The position numbers and the translations under genes were made by a program. Of a stretch of DNA of 64,000 nucleotides, positions 44,775 to 53,411 are shown one piece after another. Every line of letters begins with the position of its first letter. The first letter of the stretch is position 1. The notes beneath the pieces are model-generated. The model searched no databases, was not told the DNA's origin, and saw only the letters and a list, made by a program, of their open reading frames with translations. Source of the DNA: Minisyncoccia bacterium (GTDB taxonomy: Bacteria > Patescibacteriota > Minisyncoccia > Phycocordibacterales > UBA918); NCBI GenBank assembly GCA_041738755.1, contig JBGSPE010000005.1, positions 3,522 to 67,521 on the forward strand. The letters are read 5' to 3'.

Positions 44775-46568
44775 CTACAGTGGCCACACAACGAGAATGA
44801 GTGGAATTGAAACTGCAATGATAATGAGCTCAAGCGGTAAGCCAATTTTGGTAAAGTCGCTAAATCGGTAGCCGCCTTTTTGCATCACGAGAGCATTCGA
44901 TTCGTGTCCAACCGGTGTCAGGAAAGCACTTGAGGCACCAATGGCAACAGCGATTAAGAAAGGATCTACTGAGACACCAATACCGGTTGCGATTAGTACT
45001 GCAATCGGACCCATGATAACAGCTGAGGCGGTGGTGTTAATAAAATCAGATACGAGCATTGATGCAACCAGGACTATTGTCAATATAGCTACCGGACTAA
45101 CTGTGTCGCTTAAGGCTAAAATACCTTGTGATAGTGACTCTGCCGCACCGCTCGCTACCAACCCGTCACCAAGTGTAATCATCCCTGCGATAAGTACTAA
45201 TACTGGCCAATCAATACTGTCGTAGGCGGCCTTCAATGAAATAAGGTTACAGCCTATCAATAAAGCAACTGCTAATAAAAATACAATTGGAAGCGGTATG
45301 GTGGAAATGGTGGCTACTACTATCGAGCTTACAACAATGGTTAAGGTGGCAAGGATTGTGGTTGTACGACCGAGATGGACACTGCTGTTAGCTAGAGGTA
45401 AGAGAGAAAACGTCTGCACCGTACTCATTACTGAGTCAGTTCGACCTTGTAGCAGTAGTATGTCATTGCCATGAATTTTGGTTTGAGAGAGGGGTTGCTT
45501 AGGAATAAAATTTCGCCTAAAAAGACCAATGAAATTAGTTCCAAACCTATCCTGGAGTCTAATTTCATCCCAGCTATGGTTAACGATTTTTGCGTAGGGA
45601 GGTACTATCACTTCTAGGCTGGTATAATCATCAGCATTTGTAACATTTTTTTCAAGAGCTCGTAGCCCTGTAAGATTTAATTTAAATTTTTCAATTATTA
45701 AGGTAAGTGCTTCTTCTCCGCCACGCAAACAGAGAACATCGTCTTCGTGAAGGGTTGTTTCTTCTGTAAATACTAAAGGGGTATTATTACGAAAGATTGT
45801 AACTAGGGAAACTAAATCCTTAGTTTTTGTGTGGAATTTTGCTACGGAAAGATTAACAACTTTTGCATTTTGAGAGAGGCTCACTTCGGTCAGATAGTCT
45901 CGCTCTTTCTCTCCCTCGTTGTGCGTGGTGCTTTTGCGAGGATAAAATCGATATGCATAGAGCATGATAAAAATAATCCCCGCTATAGCAATTGCTCCGC
46001 CAACGTACGTAAAGTCAAACATTGAGAACGGTACCCCCGTAGCCTCTTCTCGATACTCTGAAATAAGAATATTTCTTGGGGTACCAATTAATGTAAGGTA
46101 ACCTCCAAGATGCGAAGCGAAGGCAATTGGGAGCAAAAAGAAACTTACTGGCGTCCCACCCTTGTGAGCCAGGTGCAGTGCAATGGGCATGACGACTGCT
46201 AATGCACCAATATTATCTAAAAATCCTGAAAGTAACGCTACTGATACGATGAGACAGAATAATGACAATAGGGGCCGGTGGTGTAGAAAACTGATTCGAC
46301 TGACAACGAGGTCTACTATTCCTGAATACACTAAGGCGCTGCTCATGATAAACATTGTAGCTACAATTATCACCGCTGGATGACCAAAATTTGCCAACGC
46401 ATCTTCGTAGGGAATCAATCCAAGCACTACTACTCCAATCATTAAGAAGAGTGCCACAACGTCATACCGAAATCGGTCCTTGATAAACATTATGAGACCA
46501 GTTCCCAAAAGGAGTAGGATTGCTGTTTGCTGATACCATGCAGTATCAAAAAAAGCTAAGCTATCCAT
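44775..46568 (-). CDS. SLC13/DASS-type anion permease with tandem TrkA-C regulatory domains
   Basis: N- and C-terminal transporter halves of the CitT/ArsB/NhaD superfamily flank two TrkA_C-like domains (VVNLSVAKF...; IVNHSWDEIRL...). Confidence 0.8.
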   Translation of the reverse strand: MDSLAFFDTAWYQQTAILLLLGTGLIMFIKDRFRYDVVALFLMIGVVVLGLIPYEDALANFGHPAVIIVATMFIMSSALVYSGIVDLVVSRISFLHHRPLLSLFCLIVSVALLSGFLDNIGALAVVMPIALHLAHKGGTPVSFFLLPIAFASHLGGYLTLIGTPRNILISEYREEATGVPFSMFDFTYVGGAIAIAGIIFIMLYAYRFYPRKSTTHNEGEKERDYLTEVSLSQNAKVVNLSVAKFHTKTKDLVSLVTIFRNNTPLVFTEETTLHEDDVLCLRGGEEALTLIIEKFKLNLTGLRALEKNVTNADDYTSLEVIVPPYAKIVNHSWDEIRLQDRFGTNFIGLFRRNFIPKQPLSQTKIHGNDILLLQGRTDSVMSTVQTFSLLPLANSSVHLGRTTTILATLTIVVSSIVVATISTIPLPIVFLLAVALLIGCNLISLKAAYDSIDWPVLVLIAGMITLGDGLVASGAAESLSQGILALSDTVSPVAILTIVLVASMLVSDFINTTASAVIMGPIAVLIATGIGVSVDPFLIAVAIGASSAFLTPVGHESNALVMQKGGYRFSDFTKIGLPLELIIIAVSIPLILVVWPL

Positions 46569-46616
46569 ATGATTACTATACTACCTCATCCAATTTGATA
46601 AATAAGCTCAAAGTAG

Positions 46617-47768
46617 GTGCTACTGTTGAAAAATGTCCCAAAATGTTGCACAATAGGGAATATGAAAAACATAGCCCTGGCAGCACTACTGTTAATACTG
46701 TTTCCGCTCCACAGCTTAGACGCACAAACTGTTTTACGAAGTGGCGATACTGTTTCGGTAGCTGAAGATCAAAAAATTGTCGGTAATTTCTATAGTGTCA
46801 CGACTATTCTCAATCTCTCTGGTGAGGTTGAAGGTGATGTGGTGGCTGGAGCTGGAAAAATCACCTTAAACGGAAACGTCACAGAAGATGTCTTTATTTT
46901 GGGTGGCAGTGTTGATGTACACGGTACAGTAGGCGATGATTTGCGAGTGATTGGCGGTGAAGTGATAATCGCTGAGTCAATTACCGGAGATGTGTTTGTG
47001 GTTGGACGTACCGTAAATATTCTTTCAACAGCGTCAGTGACTGGTGATATTTTGGTCTATGGGGGCGAAGTAACTATTGCTGGTTCAGTGGGAGGATCTG
47101 TGTATGGACGAGTGAAGAATCTTCGAATTGATGGTCCTGTGGCAGGAAATATAGATGTAACAACAGATTCATTGGTGTTGGGTGAGCGAGCTAATATCAC
47201 CGGTGGTGTGACGTATGTAAGTTATGATTTATTAACGAGGGCACAAAACGCTACCGTCGGTGGAGATGTCGTTCGTAATGACGTACCACCAAAAGAAACA
47301 ATCAGTCCAACCCTAATGGTAGTACCATTCTTGATGGTACTGTTTTCAGTTCTGGTATGGTTTTTAATTGGTCGAAGTTTACTGCAAAAAATTGTTACTC
47401 GAGCGGTTACCAGAAGTGTACGACCAACGCTGCTAGGATTTTTAGCGCTGCTATTCGTTCCTATAGCAACAGTCGTGTTACTGCTTTCATTGCTTGGTAG
47501 TTTGGTTGGTATTATCGCTTTGTTTGCATACTTGCTCGCACTCACGCTTAGTCTGGTTGCTATGGGTGCTGTAGCTGGAGTAATCTTAATGAAAGTGTTT
47601 AATCAACCCGCTGAAATTCTGACACTTGCTACCATTTTGTTGGGAACATTCTTTGTTGGGATTGTATGTATGCTACCCTTTATTGGACCGATATTTATAA
47701 TGGCGCTGTTCTTGATTACACTTGGTGCGCTCTTGGATATCGTACTTCGACCGACTATTTCTTCTTAA
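46617..47768 (+). CDS. Secreted bactofilin-like beta-helix repeat protein with a C-terminal multi-TM domain
   Basis: Signal peptide, then bactofilin/DUF4097-type repeats (GEVEGDVVAGAGKITLNGNVTEDVFILGGSVDVHGTVGDDLRVIGGEV...) and about four TM helices. The start is probably the Met at 46662. Confidence 0.55.
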   Translation: MLLLKNVPKCCTIGNMKNIALAALLLILFPLHSLDAQTVLRSGDTVSVAEDQKIVGNFYSVTTILNLSGEVEGDVVAGAGKITLNGNVTEDVFILGGSVDVHGTVGDDLRVIGGEVIIAESITGDVFVVGRTVNILSTASVTGDILVYGGEVTIAGSVGGSVYGRVKNLRIDGPVAGNIDVTTDSLVLGERANITGGVTYVSYDLLTRAQNATVGGDVVRNDVPPKETISPTLMVVPFLMVLFSVLVWFLIGRSLLQKIVTRAVTRSVRPTLLGFLALLFVPIATVVLLLSLLGSLVGIIALFAYLLALTLSLVAMGAVAGVILMKVFNQPAEILTLATILLGTFFVGIVCMLPFIGPIFIMALFLITLGALLDIVLRPTISS

Positions 47769-48561
47769 GTTTCACCTTATGATAAAGGCTTTCATTGCAG
47801 TTGTTGTTGAACTGTGGGAATTTGTCTTTTCGCTACCAGGTACGTCAGAGCGAGTAATAGATATTTCACCAGAAACAAAACCAGTGATGGTACCTTCTAT
47901 ACAATCAAAATCACTTAATACACCACTAGCGACTGTCGTGGGTGCGCAGGTACCACTTTTGGCTCGGCCAGTTCAGGCATTCGATACGCAAGTGGGTGTT
48001 GTATCGTTCCCCAGGCAGGTAAAGGTGCTGCATATTGAGGGCGATTACACACACGTATCAGTTGGTGATACAAGTGGCTGGATACCCTCAGCCTTTCTGG
48101 AGACCAATGGTACTGACATTCAGCCACGATTCAGCAAAGGAGTCACCTATGGGGCCGACCACGACGAGACTATAAAAATCCGTAAGTTACTACAGGATGA
48201 GTGTTTTGGTGGCGTACTACAACTACCATTACAAGCTGTTGAGTTTGTCCTGTGGCGACTGCAATCAATCAATGCATCAATTGATTGGGGGATACAACGG
48301 CCGCGCTTGCCAGGATATTGGCAACGTATTCTCAAAGGGAAACCCGGTGTTCATATTGGTATCGAACCAAAGACGAATGCGATAATGGAGTACTTTTCTG
48401 AAACTGGGAAAGGTATACTAGGGTTTGTAACTTCAGTTCATCCAGACCAATCAATCGTGGTACAGAGCATTGGAAAAAACCACGAGGGGGAATATCTAGA
48501 AGAGATGTTATCAGCTAATGTGTGGCGTGAGTGGAGACCAGTTTTTATTTCTTATACATAA
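47722..48561 (+). CDS. SH3b-like domain plus putative NlpC/P60(CHAP)-like cysteine-peptidase protein
   Basis: SH3b-like segment (LARPVQAFDTQVGVVSFPRQVKVLHIEGDYTHVSVGDTSGWIPSAFLE), then Cys (DECFGGV) and His (GVHIGIEP) candidates in NlpC/P60-like order. The start is uncertain. Confidence 0.4.
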   Translation: MVRSWISYFDRLFLLKFHLMIKAFIAVVVELWEFVFSLPGTSERVIDISPETKPVMVPSIQSKSLNTPLATVVGAQVPLLARPVQAFDTQVGVVSFPRQVKVLHIEGDYTHVSVGDTSGWIPSAFLETNGTDIQPRFSKGVTYGADHDETIKIRKLLQDECFGGVLQLPLQAVEFVLWRLQSINASIDWGIQRPRLPGYWQRILKGKPGVHIGIEPKTNAIMEYFSETGKGILGFVTSVHPDQSIVVQSIGKNHEGEYLEEMLSANVWREWRPVFISYT

Positions 48562-48563
48562 CT

Positions 48564-49250
48564 ATGAAACCTGTAGCATTTTTCGATATAGACGGCACCA
48601 TTTTTCGCTCAAGTCTTTTGATTGAACTTGTTGAAGAATTAATTAGGGATGGAGTCTTTCCCACTTCAGCTAAGGATATATACCAAGAGTCACGTTTGTT
48701 ATGGCAAAGTCGTGAAGGCTCATACGAAGATTACATCAATGATGTCGTCACTGCCTTTATGTTTAATATTAAAGGTGTTCATTATGGTGACTTTGCTGAT
48801 GTGGGAAGGCGGGTGGTAGCGGTCCAAAGCAAGCGAGTGTATCGGTACACCAGAGACCTAATTGCCGAGTTAAAAGCCAAGGGTTATTTTTTGGTAGCGG
48901 TATCGCAGTCACCAAAGACGATTTTAGATGATTTCTGCTTTCAGTATGGGTTCGATAAAGTCTATGGCCGAATTTATGAAATTGGTCCCCAAGATAAATT
49001 TACAGGAGCTGTTTCAGAAAAGCATCTCATTGAAAATAAAGCCAATATTGTGAAGCGGGTGTTTGATAGAAATCCAGAACTTACGAGAGACGCCTCGATG
49101 GCTGTTGGTGACACCGAGGGAGATATTAGTTTACTTGAATCGGTCGAACGAGCGATTTGTTTTAATCCGAACCAGGTGTTATTGATTCATGCAAAACGGG
49201 TGGGGTGGGAAATTGTCGTAGAACGCAAGGACGTCATCTACAAGCTCTAA
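48564..49250 (+). CDS. HAD-superfamily hydrolase, subfamily IB-like
   Basis: Motif I FFDIDGTIF, motif II (VSQSP) and motif IV (GDTEGD). Confidence 0.75.
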   Translation: MKPVAFFDIDGTIFRSSLLIELVEELIRDGVFPTSAKDIYQESRLLWQSREGSYEDYINDVVTAFMFNIKGVHYGDFADVGRRVVAVQSKRVYRYTRDLIAELKAKGYFLVAVSQSPKTILDDFCFQYGFDKVYGRIYEIGPQDKFTGAVSEKHLIENKANIVKRVFDRNPELTRDASMAVGDTEGDISLLESVERAICFNPNQVLLIHAKRVGWEIVVERKDVIYKL

Positions 49251-49376
49251 AATTACCACATTTGCTTTGTTGTGGTTCGGTAAAATATCACTCATCGTAT
49301 GTGAAATACGTCTCATGATATTTTCCTCCCACGCCTCGCAACTGTAGCAATTTTAAAGCTTTCAGCATTGCCGTAA

Positions 49377-49616
49377 ATGGAATATAATGAACATATGAAA
49401 AAACGACTTGAACGTGACCAAGAAAAGGCTGTGGTATCAGGAGTATTGGCTGGATTAGCCAACTATTATGAGCAAGATCCGCTCCTGTTTCGGATTGCTG
49501 CTATTGCCTTTATCCTCCTTACCGGAGTGTTTCCGGGGCTTTTGGTCTATCTCGTTGCCTGGTTTATGGTCCCTAAAAAACCACATCAAAAAGTTGAATA
49601 CGAAGTCGTTGAATAA
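49377..49616 (+). CDS. PspC-domain protein
   Basis: VVSGVLAGLANYYEQDPLLFRIAAIAFILLTG is the PspC domain signature, followed by a TM helix. Confidence 0.75.
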   Translation: MEYNEHMKKRLERDQEKAVVSGVLAGLANYYEQDPLLFRIAAIAFILLTGVFPGLLVYLVAWFMVPKKPHQKVEYEVVE

Positions 49617-49617
49617 T

Positions 49618-50988
49618 ATGGTTGCCCCAGAGCGAATACGAAACTTGAACGACCGGCCTGCCCTAGACGGCCCTGTCATCTATTGGATGCAACGTGATCA
49701 GAGAGCGGTCGACAACTGGGCGTTGCTGTATGCACAAGAACGAGCACGAGAAGCCAAGGTGTCGCTTTTTGTAGTATTTACCTTACATATCATTCCGCAT
49801 CGAGCTAATCTGCGACAGTATGATTTTATGCTGAAGGGCTTGCGTGAGGTTGAGCAACAACTAAAAAAGGTAGATATTCCATTTTTTCTTCTTGAAGGTA
49901 ATCCGGCTGATACGCTGCCAGCTTTTATTGATGAGTATGGCATTGGACAAGTCGTAACTGACTTTTCTCCACTGCGATACGCGAGAGGGCGACGCGACGG
50001 TGTGGCTAAAAAATCATCAGTCTTGGTATCTGAAGTTGATGCTCATAATATTATCCCGTGCTGGGAAGCGAGTCCTAAAGAAGAGTTTGCGGCATACACC
50101 TTTCGACCAAAAGTGCATCGGATCTTGCGTCAGTATCTGATAGACTTCCCGCCACTTAAAAAACACCCCTTTGTTTCAGAGCTGGCACCAGAGCCGGTTG
50201 ATTGGCAACGTATTCCCGAATCTTTACCAATTGATGGAGCTGTTTTGCCAGTAACTACATTTACTCCAGGTTTTGCGGCCGCTAAAGCAGTTCTTGAAAG
50301 TTTCATCAGTACCCGACTTGATACGTATGATACCGACCGGAATGATCCAACCAAGCGGGGTGTGTCAGGACTTTCGCCCTACCTTCACTTTGGTCAACTT
50401 GGAGCACAGACAATTGCTTTAGCAGTCAAAAAAGCGACAAATGCTCCAGATGATGCCAAGAATAGTTTTCTTGAAGAGCTTATTGTCCGTCGTGAGCTAG
50501 CTGATAATTATTGTTTTTATAATACCGAATACGACAAAGTGGCTGGCGCTCATGCGTGGGCGCAGAAAACTATAGAGGAGCATAAGAATGACGAGCGGGA
50601 GAATATCTATACCAAAGAGGAATTAGAGGCAGGAAAGACCCACGATGATCTCTGGAATGCTATGCAGAAGCAGATGACAGAAGAAGGGAAGATGCATGGC
50701 TGGTGTCGGATGTATTGGGCCAAAAAAATTCTTGAGTGGACACCTGATACGCAAACCGCAATTGACATTGCGTTATATCTCAATGACAAGTATGAACTTG
50801 ATGGCAATGACCCAAATGGGGTCACGGGAGTGATGTGGTCAATTTGCGGGGTACACGACCGGGCTTGGAATGAGCGACATATTTTTGGCAAAATTCGGTA
50901 CATGAACTACGCCGGAGCCAAGCGAAAGTTTGATATCAAAGCCTATATCGCAAAGTACAATGGAACAGAAAACACCCTCTTTGTCTAA
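49618..50988 (+). CDS. Deoxyribodipyrimidine (CPD) photolyase, class II
   Basis: Class II N-terminus (ERIRNLNDRPALDGPVIYWMQRDQRAVDNWALLYAQ) and a C-terminal FAD-binding helical domain with a Trp-rich region. The start is placed at the in-frame ATG at 49618, immediately after the pspC stop. Confidence 0.85.
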   Translation: MVAPERIRNLNDRPALDGPVIYWMQRDQRAVDNWALLYAQERAREAKVSLFVVFTLHIIPHRANLRQYDFMLKGLREVEQQLKKVDIPFFLLEGNPADTLPAFIDEYGIGQVVTDFSPLRYARGRRDGVAKKSSVLVSEVDAHNIIPCWEASPKEEFAAYTFRPKVHRILRQYLIDFPPLKKHPFVSELAPEPVDWQRIPESLPIDGAVLPVTTFTPGFAAAKAVLESFISTRLDTYDTDRNDPTKRGVSGLSPYLHFGQLGAQTIALAVKKATNAPDDAKNSFLEELIVRRELADNYCFYNTEYDKVAGAHAWAQKTIEEHKNDERENIYTKEELEAGKTHDDLWNAMQKQMTEEGKMHGWCRMYWAKKILEWTPDTQTAIDIALYLNDKYELDGNDPNGVTGVMWSICGVHDRAWNERHIFGKIRYMNYAGAKRKFDIKAYIAKYNGTENTLFV

Positions 50989-51793
50989 GCAGGAAGCAGC
51001 CTTTATAGCGACAGTATGGAAACACTACGAACAAAACGGTAGGCATGATTTACCGTGGCGAAAGACCGTAAACCCCTACCATATTTTGGTTTCAGAGTTG
51101 ATGCTTCAACAAACCCAAGTAGCTCGTGTGATTCCAAAATACCAAGCGTTCCTTAAGCAGTTTCCAACCGTTAGGCGTCTGGCTGATGCGCCGCTCGGGG
51201 AAGTTTTGGTAGCCTGGCAAGGACTTGGGTACAATAGACGAGCCAAGTTTCTCTGGTCAGCTGCTCAGGCAGTAGTAAAGGATGGAAAAGGAAAATGGCC
51301 GAAAACCTTTGGAGGTTTGAAGGCACTTCCAGGGGTCGGTGAGTACACCGCTGGAGCGGTCATGTGTTTTGCCTATAATCAACCGGCGAGACTCATTGAG
51401 ACCAATATTAGAACTGTCTATATTCACCACTTTTTTGCAGATAGAGAGGCTGTGCCTGATATTGAACTCGTACCGCTCATCGACAAGACTGCAGATATAC
51501 ACCGTCCGCGGGAGTGGGGTTGGGCACTGATGGACTACGGGTCGTATCTTAAAAGTACCGTCGGGAATTTAAATAAAAAGAGTAAGACGTACCAGAAACA
51601 ATCAACCTTTAAAGGAAGTAATCGGTATGTTCGAGGAGCAATTTTGAAAGTTCTGACGGAGGGCTCGTGCACAAACGTACAACTTTTTAAAAGACTCGAC
51701 ACGATTGAAAAGGAGCGCATCAAGCTTCAGCTTGATGCGCTCCAATTGGAAGGATTGGTTGTACTGAATGGGCAACGGTATCAGTTACCTTGA
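50960..51793 (+). CDS. HhH-GPD base-excision glycosylase, MutY/adenine-glycosylase-like
   Basis: MutY-like N-terminus (YHILVSELMLQQTQVARVIPKYQAFLKQFPTVRRLADAPLGEVLVAWQGLGYNRRA) and an HhH-GPD motif (LPGVGEYTAGAV). It overlaps the photolyase gene 3' end by about 29 nt. Confidence 0.7.
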   Translation: MEQKTPSLSKQEAAFIATVWKHYEQNGRHDLPWRKTVNPYHILVSELMLQQTQVARVIPKYQAFLKQFPTVRRLADAPLGEVLVAWQGLGYNRRAKFLWSAAQAVVKDGKGKWPKTFGGLKALPGVGEYTAGAVMCFAYNQPARLIETNIRTVYIHHFFADREAVPDIELVPLIDKTADIHRPREWGWALMDYGSYLKSTVGNLNKKSKTYQKQSTFKGSNRYVRGAILKVLTEGSCTNVQLFKRLDTIEKERIKLQLDALQLEGLVVLNGQRYQLP

Positions 51794-52060
51794 TTAAGGC
51801 TCCGTTTGTTGCCAAGAATTTTCCGCAGCTTTATTCCAGAGCACAGAAAAATCATTTTCATGCCAAAAGGCATATACTGTAATTTCCCCAGTATCAATGC
51901 GATGATCGACATCAATAATTGGGTAGCCATTGCCACCGATATATATAGTCTCATCGCAGCGAGGTACGACTGGATGTTGTACTTGTTTCGAAAGTTGTCG
52001 ATCAGTGGGGTAATTATCTGAACCGGTTACTTCTTCAAGGATAATCTCAAACGTGATCAT
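51794..52060 (-). CDS. Hypothetical small protein (88 aa)
   Basis: Convergent with the glycosylase gene. No motif. Confidence 0.35.
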   Translation of the reverse strand: MITFEIILEEVTGSDNYPTDRQLSKQVQHPVVPRCDETIYIGGNGYPIIDVDHRIDTGEITVYAFWHENDFSVLWNKAAENSWQQTEP

Positions 52061-52113
52061 GTGGAGCTCCTTTTCCGTTTTGTACTATACTGTAATATTG
52101 CTACATGTCAATA

Positions 52114-53313
52114 TCACTTCGTATCCTTTAAATGCATGGTGGCAAAGAGGGCGGGAATCATCATGATGGCTATCACCACAAAAAGAAGATTGAATGGTAG
52201 AAGCCATAAGGCTGCGCTCGTTACCATCGCCCCGAGTACATAGGCGAGTGGTCTCGTGATACGGAAGAAGCTAATAATTTGCGCGTCACTACTTTTGGTT
52301 TGTTTGAAGAAATATGATTCGGTGGTGACTTCAACTAAGCTCGCACCGACTCTTGTTGTGAACATCACTATTGACCACACCACGACACTAGAGACCGTAA
52401 TAAAGGCTATCCAGGCAGTTGAAACAGCCAGGATAAAGAAACCGAGGGCCATCATCTCTTTCTCGCCAATGTAGGTATCTGCAATGTAGCCAATTGGATA
52501 TTCAAAAATGACATAGGCTAACTGGGCAAAGAAAATCACAATCCCAAACTCGGCCCAGGTGAGACCAATGACTTGAGTCAGATAGAGCGGGGTAAACACC
52601 ACCATGCACATAAAAAATACTTGCAGCATAAAGTGGGCAATGAAGACCCCTTTGATATTTGGCTTGGACCAAAAAGACTGCAGGGCCGCGAATATTTTAA
52701 TTTCATTGTACGGTGGGTCAATAAAATCGCGGAAGTAGTAGAGCAAGATAAAAATCACTGGTATTAGCGCTGCTGCACTCGCGAGATATGCATATGCAAA
52801 TGATCCACCACCAATAGCTACCAATTCACTGCTGATAAATGGTGACACCGCCCCAACTGCACTGCTAAGGGTAAGGAGGAGGCCGCGCTTGGTCCCGGTA
52901 ACCCCTTCGTTGTTACCAAGGTGCTCTTCCATGAACACATCTAGGTTAAAAACAATCAACGGAACGATAATCAGGTGGAGTATAAAGAGCGGCACTGCCA
53001 CAGTGATAGATTCAGCGCCGGCCATACCAAGTACTGCCAGTAAATCAAGAATGAGAAAGCCGAGGGTTAGTCCAAAATTACCAACCAAACGTAATACATG
53101 CGATATAAAGAGGAAAAATAATACCGTGAGGGCTGAGCCAAAAATATAAATGAGTCCGATGGATTCAGTGGCAATATATTGCTCCAGGTATGATGAGTTG
53201 ATATAAGCGACAACAAAGGTGTGAAAAATTAAAAGCAGGGTAGCCGCATAGATAGGAAGAAACCGTCTCGATAGCGGAGTGGAGCGATACGGATTGGTGA
53301 CAGCACGTGGCAT
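52114..53313 (-). CDS. MFS transporter
   Basis: Twelve TM helices with an MFS loop 2-3 motif region. Confidence 0.85.
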   Translation of the reverse strand: MPRAVTNPYRSTPLSRRFLPIYAATLLLIFHTFVVAYINSSYLEQYIATESIGLIYIFGSALTVLFFLFISHVLRLVGNFGLTLGFLILDLLAVLGMAGAESITVAVPLFILHLIIVPLIVFNLDVFMEEHLGNNEGVTGTKRGLLLTLSSAVGAVSPFISSELVAIGGGSFAYAYLASAAALIPVIFILLYYFRDFIDPPYNEIKIFAALQSFWSKPNIKGVFIAHFMLQVFFMCMVVFTPLYLTQVIGLTWAEFGIVIFFAQLAYVIFEYPIGYIADTYIGEKEMMALGFFILAVSTAWIAFITVSSVVVWSIVMFTTRVGASLVEVTTESYFFKQTKSSDAQIISFFRITRPLAYVLGAMVTSAALWLLPFNLLFVVIAIMMIPALFATMHLKDTK

Positions 53314-53365
53314 GATTGGTTCATTGTACCTTATGTGTTTGTTAATTTTTTAAGAAGGTAACATA

Positions 53366-53395
53366 AAAAGCGGCCAGCTTTGCTGGCCGCTTTTT
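53366..53395 (-). terminator. Palindromic intrinsic terminator downstream of rnj
   Basis: AAAAAGCGGCCAGC-TTT-GCTGGCCGCTTTTT, flanked by runs on both sides. Confidence 0.7.
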
Positions 53396-53411
53396 ATAAT
53401 TTGAGTGAAAT

